64,000 nucleotides of DNA from Thermoanaerobaculia bacterium (GTDB lineage Bacteria > Acidobacteriota > Thermoanaerobaculia > Multivoradales > Multivoraceae), in NCBI GenBank assembly GCA_963664405.1, contig OY761158.1, positions 4,384,001 through 4,448,000 on the forward strand. Reading direction: 5' to 3'. Positions within the stretch are counted from its first letter, which is position 1; every line of letters begins with the position of its first letter. Below are positions 49,626 to 59,861 of this stretch, piece after piece. The position numbers were made by a program, and so were the translations under genes. A model generated the notes under the pieces. It did no database searches. It was not told the origin of the DNA and saw only the letters and a program-made list of their open reading frames with translations.

Positions 49626-51388
49626 TGAGAGCTTGAGATCTGCGAGCTGATCCAACAGGGCGTGACGCTGGGTCATGACGGCGTCTCCTCTTGGTAGTAG
49701 GCCTGTCCACGGATGTTGGGGTGCTCGAGGCCGCTCGTCGGTGCCGAGGGCTCGACCTCGAATGGCTGCTGGTCGAGGCCCGACTGCAGGATGGACTTCA
49801 CGTTCTTGTAGGACGGGCTCGAGATGCGCAGCGCTCGCTGGCAGGCCGCCTCCAGACGCTGGGCACCGTAGCGCTTCTCCAAGCGCATCAGGCCCAGGCA
49901 GGAGCGGAAGCCCTGCTGAGGATGACGCTTTGTCGTGAGGATCGTTTCGACCACGTCCCGGGTCGCCTCTCCGGTCTCCTGGGCCTTCTTGAGCAGACCT
50001 TTGGGAGTCCAGCCTCGGATGGACTGGTGCGACTTGGGCATGTGCTCGGTGACGGTGATGTGACCGGGCCCACGCGCGCGGCTGTGCACAGCGACCTGTT
50101 TGCCTTTGTGGAAGACTTCGACCGTGTGGGCCGTGGCTCGTAGATCCAGCTCGGTGGACACGAGCTGGTAGGGCACGCTGTAGAAGTGCTTTTTGTGCTC
50201 GACGTGGTAGTCGCAGCCCACCCTCACCTTTTTCCACTCCGCGAAGCGGTAGCGCTCCCCAGGGAGGGACCGAAGTGCCGGGCGGTCGAGCTTCTCGTAG
50301 AGCTCGCGGCGGGAGGCGCCGAGGTCCTTGCGCTGGCGGTCGTTGAGTCTTGAGAGGAGCTCTCGAATTGCCTGGTTGGCCTCCGCTAGGCTGAAGAAGG
50401 TGTGATTCCTCAGTCGGGCGAGGATCCAGCGCTCGGTCTGGAGCACGGCGTTCTCGACCTTGGCTTTGTCCCGCGGCTTTCTCACCCGCGTGGGCACCAC
50501 TGCGACACCGTAGTGCTCTGCCATCTCGGCGTAAGTGCGGTTTAGCTCTGGCTCGTAGTAGCAAGGACTCTTGACCGCCGTCTTGGTGTTGTCAGGCACG
50601 ACGAGATCGCTCACCCCGCCTAGGAAGTCCCAGGTCCTCACGTGGCAGTCGATCCACTCGGGAAGGGTCTGGTCCCAGCTCGCGTGAGCGAAGGTGTACT
50701 GACTGGCGGCGAGGCAGGCGACAAACAGCGACGCTTCGTGCACCTCGCCGCTGTGGCGATCATGGATCGAGATCGTCTGACCCGCCCAGTCGACCTGGAG
50801 CACCTCTCCGGCCTTGTAGTCCTGGCGCATCGTCACATCGAGCTTCTTCGTGAAGGCTCGGTACAGCTCGCAGAAACGGCTGTAGCCGTAGCCATCCAGG
50901 TGATCTGCCTTGTACTCCTCCCACAACAGCAGCAGGGTGACGCCGGGTCTCCTGTGCTCCCTGTAGATCTCGGCCCAGTCCGGCATCGGCCGAGGCACCC
51001 TGCTGTGCGGCACGGCCGGGTACAGCCGAGCCTCCAACTCCGCATCGTCCATCGAGCGCACCTCGCACCACGTCAGCCCCTTGGCACGCTGCAGGTACTC
51101 GGCAACAGTGCCCTGGCTGACGCCACAGGCCCGCTGCGTCTCACGGTGGGTGCGGCCCAGCTTCCACTTCAGTCGCAATACCTCTCTGATCTTCCTCATC
51201 GTCGTCCTCTTTCGCGGCAACTCGGGCCCTCCTTTCGGAGAGGAGAGTACGAGCTACCCGGTTTCGAGAACTCCCTGAGACACTGCCCGGCCAGCGCGGT
51301 CAGTTTCGTCGGAACCCTTGGTCGAATTCCCCGGAATCACCGGTCAGATTCGATTGGAATCGATGGTCAGTTTCCGCCGGTGTAGGCA
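49626..51388 (-). mobile_element. truncated IS21 element (left end, istA and about 17 codons of istB)
   Basis: Left end TGCCTACACCGGCGGAAACTGACC; istB (MTQRHALLDQLADLKLS) is cut at the 120-bp repeat. Confidence 0.85.
49673..51220 (-). CDS. istA: IS21 transposase
   Basis: MRKIREVLRL, QVDWAG, VPDN.K, KPRDKAKVE, H.NIRG..YY. Confidence 0.93.
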   Translation of the reverse strand: MPRKRTTMRKIREVLRLKWKLGRTHRETQRACGVSQGTVAEYLQRAKGLTWCEVRSMDDAELEARLYPAVPHSRVPRPMPDWAEIYREHRRPGVTLLLLWEEYKADHLDGYGYSRFCELYRAFTKKLDVTMRQDYKAGEVLQVDWAGQTISIHDRHSGEVHEASLFVACLAASQYTFAHASWDQTLPEWIDCHVRTWDFLGGVSDLVVPDNTKTAVKSPCYYEPELNRTYAEMAEHYGVAVVPTRVRKPRDKAKVENAVLQTERWILARLRNHTFFSLAEANQAIRELLSRLNDRQRKDLGASRRELYEKLDRPALRSLPGERYRFAEWKKVRVGCDYHVEHKKHFYSVPYQLVSTELDLRATAHTVEVFHKGKQVAVHSRARGPGHITVTEHMPKSHQSIRGWTPKGLLKKAQETGEATRDVVETILTTKRHPQQGFRSCLGLMRLEKRYGAQRLEAACQRALRISSPSYKNVKSILQSGLDQQPFEVEPSAPTSGLEHPNIRGQAYYQEETPS

Positions 51389-51544
51389 ACAGAAGTCCCC
51401 AAACCAGGAGTTGACACCAAAGAAGTCGCCTTCTTCGGGCTAAACGAACTTCCACCGCTGTCGACCGGTAGGACGATCACCTCAGATATCGAGTTGGCGT
51501 TTGAGGCCAAGCACTCTGCCGTCGGCCTCAAAACGTTTGACTAG
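51389..51544 (+). pseudogene. C-terminal fragment of a NUDIX-like hydrolase
   Basis: Reads ..EVAFFGLNELPPLSTGR....FD*; cut by the IS21 end. Confidence 0.55.
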
Positions 51545-51872
51545 TTAGTTGCTTAAGCAATGCCGTACCAACGATTCGTTGCACCGGGCGCTGGCCGCCC
51601 CACAGACAGACGTCGTCGCCCACGGCTCTAGTCCTGCTCGAGCTGCTCGTCGTCCCGAAGAGCTCGCCAACCAGGAGCTTCAGGCCCTACCCGTCTGATG
51701 AAGATCGATCAACAAACATCCCCCGCATCGGGGGTGCTTTTTCTTGTAGTCTTCCGCAACCTGTCAAGAACGCATCCTCGGGAGTTCGAAGATGAAGAGA
51801 TGTCAGTTCTGTGCCGATCCGATAGAGGCTCCCGGTAGAACGACCGTTTCAGAGCGGGGCGGAGGACGACAT

Positions 51873-53447
51873 ATGCGCAGAATTCTGAGGGTCGCAGCGC
51901 TCGGCATGGTGTTGCCACTGATTGTCCCAATTTCGTCCGACGCCGCCACGGCGCGCGGAGTCGTCTTTCACGATGTTGACGGGGACGGTGCTCGCGATCC
52001 CTCCGAGCCTGGCCTGCCGGGTGTCGGTGTCTCCAACGGTCTGGACATCGTGCGAACGGACGACGCGGGCCGCTACCGGCTCGACGTCGACGAAGACGCC
52101 ATCGTCTTTGTGCTTAAGCCGAGGGGCTACCGCACTCCGATCGACGAAAACCAGATCCCGCGCTTCTACTACATCCACAAACCGGCAGGGTCGCCTGATC
52201 TCGAGTACCCCGGCGTTCAGCCAACGGGAGAGCTTCCCGGCGAAATCGACTTTCCGCTCACTCCGCAGGAGGAGCCGGAGCGCTTCGAGGCGATTCTCAT
52301 GGGCGACCCGCAGCCGCGCAACCAGACGGAGATTGACTACCTCACGCACGATGTCGTGGAGCCGCTGATCGGCACCAGCGCCAAGTTCGGCGTCACGCTC
52401 GGGGACATCATGCACGACGATCTTTCGCTTTTCGGATCGATCAACCGATCCATCGCCCTGATCGGCATCCCCTGGTACAACGTGGTAGGAAACCACGACA
52501 TCAATTTCGACGCGCCGAACGACGCGCTCTCCGACGAGACGTTTGAGAGGACGTACGGTCCGCCCTACTATTCCTTCGACTACGGACCGGTCCACTTCCT
52601 CGTTCTCGACGACGTGTACTGGAAGGGGCGCGTCGAGGACCCTGAAGAGAACGTTGGAGGGAACTACACCGGCGGATTGGGCGACGACCAGCTCGAGTTC
52701 ATTCGCCGGGATCTGGAGGGAGTACCGCCGGAGCAGCTCGTCGTGCTGTTCATGCACATCCCACTTGTGGCGCCATGGATCGAGCCGGAACGGGCCGCTC
52801 TGTACCGGATGCTGGAAGACCGTCCGCTCGCCGTGTCGATCTCGGCGCACTACCACTATCAGGAGCACATCTATCTGACCGTGGAGGACGGCTGGCGGGG
52901 ACCGCAACCGCACCACCATGTGATCGCAGTGACCGCGTGCGGAAGCTGGTGGCGAGGCCTCCCGGATGAGACCGGTGTTCCGGTGACTACGGGCAGGGGC
53001 GGCGCGCCGAACGGTTACCTCACGATGAACTTCGACGGGGCCGGGTACTCCGTGGACTTCCACGCCGCACGGGGCGCATCCCACGAGCAGATGCACGTGT
53101 GGGTGCCGGAGTCGGTTCCCAGACGCATGGCACACCTCACGGAGTTCCTCGTCAACGTGTACAACGGATCCGAGCGATCCCAGGTGGAGTTCCGCATGGA
53201 TGATGCCGGCGAGTGGACTGCCATGCAACAGACCGCGCGAGCCGATCCGTTCTATCAAGCCGTCAAGCGCCGCGAGACCGACGACATGCCGGCGCTATGG
53301 AAGTTGCCGGCCCCGATCCGTTCTCCGCACCTCTGGAGTGCGCGGCTGCCGCGTGGACTCGGTCCGGGTTCTCACCGGCTCCAGGTGCGTACGGTTGATG
53401 CGTGGGGCCGCACATTCGAGTCTGCTCGCGTTTTCCGGGTGGAGTAA
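51873..53447 (+). CDS. secreted calcineurin-like metallophosphoesterase
   Basis: G.VF.D..GDG, VSNG, GDPQ, GDI, GNHD, HIP, H.H motifs; signal peptide. Confidence 0.9.
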   Translation: MRRILRVAALGMVLPLIVPISSDAATARGVVFHDVDGDGARDPSEPGLPGVGVSNGLDIVRTDDAGRYRLDVDEDAIVFVLKPRGYRTPIDENQIPRFYYIHKPAGSPDLEYPGVQPTGELPGEIDFPLTPQEEPERFEAILMGDPQPRNQTEIDYLTHDVVEPLIGTSAKFGVTLGDIMHDDLSLFGSINRSIALIGIPWYNVVGNHDINFDAPNDALSDETFERTYGPPYYSFDYGPVHFLVLDDVYWKGRVEDPEENVGGNYTGGLGDDQLEFIRRDLEGVPPEQLVVLFMHIPLVAPWIEPERAALYRMLEDRPLAVSISAHYHYQEHIYLTVEDGWRGPQPHHHVIAVTACGSWWRGLPDETGVPVTTGRGGAPNGYLTMNFDGAGYSVDFHAARGASHEQMHVWVPESVPRRMAHLTEFLVNVYNGSERSQVEFRMDDAGEWTAMQQTARADPFYQAVKRRETDDMPALWKLPAPIRSPHLWSARLPRGLGPGSHRLQVRTVDAWGRTFESARVFRVE

Positions 53448-53594
53448 TGATCGCTTCTCGACCGATCGTAGACAGGGCCGCCTGATCCCGGCCGCGCGCC
53501 GATGTGCCGGAGGATCTTGGCAACAACACGGGGCCGAAGATGAAGGCCTAGAGCCCCGGGAAGGGCTTTAGAGTCAGGAAGCTGTCCTTCGTTC

Positions 53595-53632
53595 TGTCAC
53601 CTCCCGCTGCAGAAGGTGCCAGTGACACCTCC
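53595..53632 (+). repeat. 27-bp site with an extra left arm
   Basis: TGTCACCTCC-CGCTGCA-GAAGGTGCCA, then G-TGACACCTCC. Confidence 0.75.
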
Positions 53633-53670
53633 CGGGTTGCATTTGGGTCGGCAAGTCTCATCCCCGCCGA

Positions 53671-54120
53671 CTATGTCGCTCCGGGCCAGTGGTAGAAGAT
53701 GTTGGGCTCGCCGTTGAAGCGGTTGATGCCGGTCTGGCCAGGGACGAATCCGTGCCGTTCGTAGAAGGACCTGGCAGCCGAGTTCCTTTGAAGCGTATGG
53801 AGCCCAAGGCCCCTCGGAGAGAGCACCTTTGCCCGCTTCAATAGCGCGGCGCCTACGCCCCCATGCTGGTGATGCGGGTCGACCCAGATCTGATCAAGGT
53901 AATGATCTTCAACGAACGCGACCAGGAACCCGACGATCGTGCCGGAACTCGCGGCGACCCACACGTCACCGAGAGGACAGAGCTCCTGGATAAACCGCCG
54001 GCGCCAGGTCTCGATCGGATCCGGATGACAGAGATCCGGGAATGTCGTGTGCCAGGTCGTAAACCAGAGGTCGACGACTGCATCCAGGTCGGCGTCTCCG
54101 TACGGACGGACAACCAGCAA
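53671..54120 (-). CDS. GNAT acetyltransferase (start approximate)
   Basis: VDP.HQ.GGVG, N..AR.FYERHGF. Confidence 0.85.
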   Translation of the reverse strand: MLVVRPYGDADLDAVVDLWFTTWHTTFPDLCHPDPIETWRRRFIQELCPLGDVWVAASSGTIVGFLVAFVEDHYLDQIWVDPHHQHGGVGAALLKRAKVLSPRGLGLHTLQRNSAARSFYERHGFVPGQTGINRFNGEPNIFYHWPGAT

Positions 54121-54430
54121 CTTTTTCTCCAACCCTGCATCCCCCGGAGTCTCGGCGGAGAGAGATAGCCGACCCCCGATCACGTGTGCAAGGTACCGGA
54201 CCGAGAGCACCGCATGAGGGCCATTGCGTTCGCTCGGGCGTCTATGAATTGCCGCGACTTGCTCGACAACCTGGACATCGAGTCCTGTCTCCTCGAGGGT
54301 CTCACGAATGGCGGTCTCCTCTGGCGCTTCTGACGGCTCGACCTAGCCGCACGGCAAACACCAGCAGCCGTCGTCGTTGAGACGGACGAGGCGCAACAGC
54401 CAGCGTCGTCGAACACCGCCGCGTATGGCC

Positions 54431-54841
54431 TCAAGGGTTCCTCGTGGCCATGATCAGCTGAGTCTGAGTCACAACAGCGACCAACTTGCCGTCCTCACGG
54501 TAGATTTCGGTGCGCCATACCATCGTTGTGCGCCCCTTGTGAATCGGCGTGCAGACGCCGCGCAAGGTGTTTCCTTCCGGGGCTCCCCGCAGAAAGTTCG
54601 TCTTGCTTTCGAGGGTCGTCGTTCTCGCCCCTTCCGGCAGACTCGCGGAGGTGGAGACTGCCCCCATCGTGTCCGCGAAGGACATGAGAGACCCACCATG
54701 CGCAATGTTCCGAGCGGTACACATGTCTTCGCGCACTAGCATCCTTGCCTCGACCCGCTCGGGTGTGATGTCGGTGTAGACAACGCCTAGCAGTTTCGTG
54801 AACGGAGTCCGGCGTTCATTCACCGTGTCGATCAGGTTCAT
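54431..54841 (-). CDS. PaaI-family thioesterase
   Basis: HGG.LM.FAD, TTLESKTNF, H.GRTT.VW. Confidence 0.9.
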   Translation of the reverse strand: MNLIDTVNERRTPFTKLLGVVYTDITPERVEARMLVREDMCTARNIAHGGSLMSFADTMGAVSTSASLPEGARTTTLESKTNFLRGAPEGNTLRGVCTPIHKGRTTMVWRTEIYREDGKLVAVVTQTQLIMATRNP

Positions 54842-55007
54842 GTGCTGCTACCTACGGAGGTGGATTTGTCGAGCTGCTCAATGTACCGGGGGACTATTCT
54901 ATCTCCTGACTACTACTGCTCGCGGCACTGGGGTTCCGCAGTGCAGTGTCAACGGTTTCGCCTGTTTGATGACCTCGAGCATCTTCTCGAATGCCTAGAG
55001 GATTGTG

Positions 55008-55468
55008 TTATGACTGGCGTAACCGCTTCTCAAAGAACACCATTTCGAATCCGCGATGGGTCGATCGCTCTATCTCGGTGTAGCCACTACTTTCGTAAAG
55101 TGCCGTCGCCGCCACCTGTTGGACCGTTGTGTCAAGGATGATTCGCGCATACCCGAGTTTGCCTGCGCGCGCTTCCAGCTCCTTGAGAATTGACCTACCG
55201 ACCCCTTGACGCTGCTTTTCAGGGTGCACTCGCATCCGCTGATCTCCGCTTCGTCCTCGGAACGGCGGCGAAGTGCGCCCATTCCAACGATCCTCCCACG
55301 CGTTTCTGCAACGAGAAAGTCGCCTTTGTTGCCCAGGTAGACTGCCTGGATATCCTCCAGATCATCGTCCCACGGCCCCGGGCCGAGGTTGGTGCCGGTC
55401 TGATCTAAGCCGAGGACGTGAAGCTCCCTGATCGCGGCTAGGTCCGAATTCCGGAATTGTCGGATCAC
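55008..55468 (-). pseudogene. GNAT acetyltransferase, copy 2, with 1-bp deletion at about 55240
   Basis: Near-identical to 33575..34030; CCGCT-GATC versus CCGCTTGATC. Confidence 0.85.
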
Positions 55469-55550
55469 CGGACGGACCAAAGGTCGCTGTTCACTGGGGA
55501 GCCGGGGCATTGATGTCGAGCGATCCGTCACCTAACACGGTGAGTCTCTC

Positions 55551-58001
55551 CTAGTCCCCCCGCAAGGCGAGTGTGGGATCGGTGGTCGCCGCTCTCCAGG
55601 CAGGGACGAGCATCGCAATAAGAGTTGTGCCGCCGACAACTAGGACGACAGCCAGCAGGGACGCCGGGTCCGTCGCCGTGACTCCGAAGAGAAACCTCGC
55701 GGCAACCTGCCTCACAGCGAAGGCTCCACTGAGCCCCACTGCGATTCCAACGGCAAGGGGCCAGGTGCCCTGTACGAGAACTAGGTGAGTGAGTCTTCTG
55801 GGGGTGGATCCTAGGGCGGTACGAATGGCGAACTCTCGACTGCGGCTCGAGGCAAGGAAAGCGAGGACCCCGTAGATGCCCACACTGGCGAGGATTAGAG
55901 CCAGGGCACCGAATCCACTCGTCACTGCGGCCCTGAACTCTTGGGGGGCGAGAGATCGACGAAGCACTTCGTTCATGGATGTGACTCGGCGCATCGGATG
56001 ATTCGCGCCGAGGGCCCGCACTCGCTCTCTCATGGCAGCAATGAGGGTTCCCGAATCGGCATCCGACTTCACTACAATGAAGACTGCCCCTAGTACGTGG
56101 CCGCCAAGGGGATCGGCCATCTGATCAAGCGGAACGTAGAGGCTGTCCCATCGCCGGCTCTCTCCGAGCCCGAGCTCGCTGACGTCGCCGACGACGCCAA
56201 CCACAGTCCGCGGCGGGTGCTCGTAGATCGAATCTGGGAAAATGTCGACTCTCTTTCCAATCGGATCCTCGCCCGGCCAATGTCGCTGTGCAGCCGTCTC
56301 GCTAACGAGCGCAACGGGTGGAGATCCGTCACGATCAGCTTCTACGAAGCCGCGCCCGTGCAGCAACGGAATCTGCATGGTTTCAAGATAGGTCGGGCTG
56401 ATGCCCCTAAACTGTGCGGCGACCTGTCCTTCCCTAGCGGGACCTGGCACATACCGGCTCGTATCAATATAGGGCAAGACCGCCGTGCTCTGCACCGGGA
56501 GCGACGTAGTAGCGCCGACCGACGTCACTCCAGGGAGCCCGTCAAACTGCACCAGTAGGTCGCTTGTCAACGTTCCTAGGCGCAGCGCCGCCGCGTCTTC
56601 GGTTCCAGACCGGCGCAGCTCCAGAGCAAAAACGTTGCCCGGGTTGAAACCTGGGTCCACAGCTTCCAAGAGGTTGTAGCTTCTAATCAGGAGGGTCGCC
56701 GTCAATACTGCGAGAACGGTCAATGCAATCTCGGACGCTACGAGAAGCTGGCGGCCCAGACGGGCTCGTCTTCCGACTGCTGAGGTGCTCGTCCCTTGCC
56801 TGAGATTGTCGACGGACTCCTTCTTCACGGCCTGCAACGAGGGAACCGTCGCGAGCGCTGCCAGCAGCGTCGTAGCCAGAACGAACCCCAGGACCCTCCA
56901 GTCAATCACGGGTAGCGGGGCCGACTCAAGGATGGTTGGGTTAACGGCCACCAGCCACCGGTTGAGGCCGATGGTGAGCATTAGACCGAGGGCGGCTCCG
57001 GCACCGGCAAGGAGGAGCGTCTCCACGAGCAGCGGGTTGAGCGCTCGACGCGTGCTCGCACCGAGGGCTTGTCGGATCGCGATTTCGCGGGCGCGCGGTG
57101 CCACGCGAACGAGCTGAAGGTTGGCGACATTGGCGCAGGCAAGAAGAAGAAGGAAGCCGGATGCCGAGAGCAAGAGGAGCAGTGTGGGCTTGCGACCGCC
57201 GAATCGGAATTGCTGGAAGGGGCGTAGGGACACCCCCTCCGCGTCGGCTGGCAGGCCAGCGCGCTCGAGCCCTCGACTGTGAACCAGCCGAAGCTCCTGC
57301 AGGGCGCTCTCGAGGTCGACGCCGTCGCGCAGCCGTCCGGTAACCCGCCCGAAGTATCCCCGATCGACCGAAGCGTCTATGGCGAGCGGCAGCAGGACTT
57401 CGAGCTCGAAAGGTGGTGGAGTCGTTGCAGAGAGAACCCCCACCAACGTGAGACTCCTCCCGCCCAGGTCGAGTGGATGACCCAATACTGTCGGATCGCC
57501 CGCGAACCTGCTGAGCCAGAGTTCATGACCAATAACGACTTCGGTGGGCGGCCCCGGTGGAGGTTCTTCGAGTGTGAAGCCGGGCCCCGCGGCCAACTCA
57601 AGGCCGAAGGTCTCGAAGAAGCTGTTCGTCACCCGAGAGCCCGAAACCCATTCCGTCTCGGAATCCCACTGAACGCTGAAGAGGTCTGGAGGAGTAGACG
57701 CGGCGAGGGATCGGAAGACAGTGCTGTTGTCTCGCCATTGCGCGTAGTGGCGATCGCTGACGTACTGCCCCAAACGACCGTTCTGTACTGTTTCCAGCTG
57801 CACGAGACGGCTGGGCTCGGGAAAGTCTAGCGGCCGTAAGAACAGTGAGCTGAAGACGCTGAAGATCGAGCAGTTGATGCCAATGCCCAAAGCGAGCAGG
57901 AGGATTCCCGCGCCCGTAGCGACTGGCGTTCTTCGGAGGACGCGGGCTGCAATGACCAGATCGTTCAATCTTTTAAGGAGTCTAGCCCTCTCGGACTCCA
58001 T
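55551..58001 (-). CDS. ADOP-type duplicated ABC permease (MacB/FtsX domains)
   Basis: LALGIG.N..IFS, LLACANVANL, REIAIR.ALGA, GIYGV, DP..ALR.D. Confidence 0.9.
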   Translation of the reverse strand: MESERARLLKRLNDLVIAARVLRRTPVATGAGILLLALGIGINCSIFSVFSSLFLRPLDFPEPSRLVQLETVQNGRLGQYVSDRHYAQWRDNSTVFRSLAASTPPDLFSVQWDSETEWVSGSRVTNSFFETFGLELAAGPGFTLEEPPPGPPTEVVIGHELWLSRFAGDPTVLGHPLDLGGRSLTLVGVLSATTPPPFELEVLLPLAIDASVDRGYFGRVTGRLRDGVDLESALQELRLVHSRGLERAGLPADAEGVSLRPFQQFRFGGRKPTLLLLLSASGFLLLLACANVANLQLVRVAPRAREIAIRQALGASTRRALNPLLVETLLLAGAGAALGLMLTIGLNRWLVAVNPTILESAPLPVIDWRVLGFVLATTLLAALATVPSLQAVKKESVDNLRQGTSTSAVGRRARLGRQLLVASEIALTVLAVLTATLLIRSYNLLEAVDPGFNPGNVFALELRRSGTEDAAALRLGTLTSDLLVQFDGLPGVTSVGATTSLPVQSTAVLPYIDTSRYVPGPAREGQVAAQFRGISPTYLETMQIPLLHGRGFVEADRDGSPPVALVSETAAQRHWPGEDPIGKRVDIFPDSIYEHPPRTVVGVVGDVSELGLGESRRWDSLYVPLDQMADPLGGHVLGAVFIVVKSDADSGTLIAAMRERVRALGANHPMRRVTSMNEVLRRSLAPQEFRAAVTSGFGALALILASVGIYGVLAFLASSRSREFAIRTALGSTPRRLTHLVLVQGTWPLAVGIAVGLSGAFAVRQVAARFLFGVTATDPASLLAVVLVVGGTTLIAMLVPAWRAATTDPTLALRGD

Positions 58002-58092
58002 CTCAAGCGTGCGCCGCTGCGACCCTGGTGTCGAATACCAGCGCCGGGCCATCGGTGGGGATAGCACGAACGACGTGTCGACACCGTATCGT

Positions 58093-58368
58093 CTACAGAC
58101 TGTGAAACTCCATGCGTATCGTCTTTGAGGAGTCGGCTTGCCGATACGTTCGCTTGAACCTCTCGCCTAGCTGCACCTCGACGTTCCAGCCTTCGACGAG
58201 GACACCGAGCTCCGGAGATGGTGCGTCCGGTGGGTAGGCGAGAACCGGGTATTCGGTGAACAGAGTGTCGAGGAACGGCACCACGAAGGCGTCATACCGC
58301 TCCGAGTCCGAGGCATGGTTCTCCCAGAGCGAACTCAGGAGCACCATCGGCGCGGGATACCTCGCCTC
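58093..58368 (-). pseudogene. 3' fragment of a paralogue of 39801..40880, cut by IS6
   Basis: Near-identical to 39801-about 40076. Confidence 0.85.
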
Positions 58369-59075
58369 GGTATTGTCAACTTAGCGCTGTCGGAGCGAGT
58401 CGGTGCCGCGGTCGATGGCAGAGTCCGCGTTCAGCAGACGCACGTCACCTGCCGCCAGACTCCGAAGGAACGATCTCGCAGCGTGCGATGGTTGGGTGCG
58501 CTGACGAGGTGACGGCCAAGACGGAACAGGTTCAGGATGATCCCGTGAACAGAGAGGAATCGCTGCGCGTGTTCGGCCGACTTGAACCTCCGCATCTGGC
58601 GCTCCCGCTGTCGGGTCGGCTGGTGCGACACCTCAGCTCGATTGTTCGCGTACTGCTTCGTGTCGTGCCTGACCGAAGGCATGGTGGCTCGGTGGGCTGC
58701 CCCGTAGCTCCTCAGCTTGTCGGTCACCAGCCGCAGTGGCTCGGCTCCTTGGCCCTTCAATAGCTTGCGGAAGAAGCGTTCTGCGGCACGCCGATCGCGG
58801 CGGGACTGAACGAGGATGTCGATCAGGTCGCCGTCCTGGTCCACGGCACGCCAAAGATACTGCCTCCGGCCTTGGATCGAGACGAAGAGCTCGTCCAGGA
58901 ACCAAGTGTCACCCAGACGACCCTGACGCCGCTTCAGGCCGCGAGCGTATTCGGAGCCGAATTTCCTGCACCATTGACGGATGGCCTCATAGGAGACATC
59001 GATTCCGCGCTCCGCCAAGAGATCCTCGACGTCGCGGAAGCTCAGGCAGAACCGATGGTACAGCCAGACGGCGTG
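58369..59075 (-). mobile_element. 5'-truncated IS6-family element
   Basis: End GGTATTGTCAACTTAG; transposase HAVWLY.RF.LSFRDVE, W.LDE, YLWRAVD, TDKL.SY, NNRAE; start codon and other end missing. Confidence 0.88.
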
Positions 59076-59173
59076 ACCCTTGGTAGCGCGCCCTCGCGTG
59101 CCCGACGGATTGCCGGCACTCTGTGCCCGACCGGCTCCAGAGTCGTTTAAGATCTCGCTCGGAAGCGTTCCCG

Positions 59174-59854
59174 ATGATCTATGCCCTCACCTTCATCTTG
59201 GGTTTTTGCAGCATTGCCTACGAGCTGCTTCTCGGCCAATCTCTATCGGCGTTCTTGGGCAACACGGTGCTGCGCTACAGCGTCACGATCGGTCTCTATA
59301 TGTTTTCGATGGGGGTGGGCTCGCTGATTGCCGAAGGACGGCGAGTCGCCCACCCGGTCGTTGCACTGTTGAAGATCGAGCTCCTGCTCACCTTGACCGG
59401 CGGCTTTTCAGTGCTCGTCCTGCTAGCGCTCAACTCGGTGGGCTCGCCGGACATCCTGTTCTCCGCTCTTGCACATCTACTGATCGTGGTCATCGGTGTC
59501 TTGACCGGCGTCGAGATCCCGCTACTCGTCGAGCTGAAGAGCCTCGAGCAGCGTAAGGCGGAGAGCTCGATCATCGGTGTCGACTATCTCGGGGCCTTCG
59601 CCGGCACGGTCGTCTTCGCCTTTGTCTTCTACCCGAGAGTGGGTCTCATCGCCACCGCCTTCTATGTCGCTGCGCTCAACGCCTTCGTCGGCATCTGCCT
59701 GATCTCGCAGGGAGCGAAGGTAAAGCGATCGCGTCGGCGTCAGTACCGCGGTCTTTTGGCCTGCCAATCGGCCCTGCTCGTCGTTCTCTTCCTCTGCCTC
59801 AGATCCGCCGACACCATCACCGAGATCTTTCTCGAAAAGTACCTCGCTTCTTGA
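59174..59854 (+). CDS. membrane domain of long-form spermidine synthase (stand-alone)
   Basis: CSIAYELL, G.Y.FSMG.GS, G.EIPLL, DYLG; no catalytic domain before the stop codon. Confidence 0.8.
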   Translation: MIYALTFILGFCSIAYELLLGQSLSAFLGNTVLRYSVTIGLYMFSMGVGSLIAEGRRVAHPVVALLKIELLLTLTGGFSVLVLLALNSVGSPDILFSALAHLLIVVIGVLTGVEIPLLVELKSLEQRKAESSIIGVDYLGAFAGTVVFAFVFYPRVGLIATAFYVAALNAFVGICLISQGAKVKRSRRRQYRGLLACQSALLVVLFLCLRSADTITEIFLEKYLAS

Positions 59855-59861
59855 GCCAACC

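Noticed and set aside
59110-59140. CCGGCTCCA as a duplicate of the tRNA-Thr 3' end
   Set aside because: Only about 9 bp match with no T-loop; expected by chance in GC-rich DNA.
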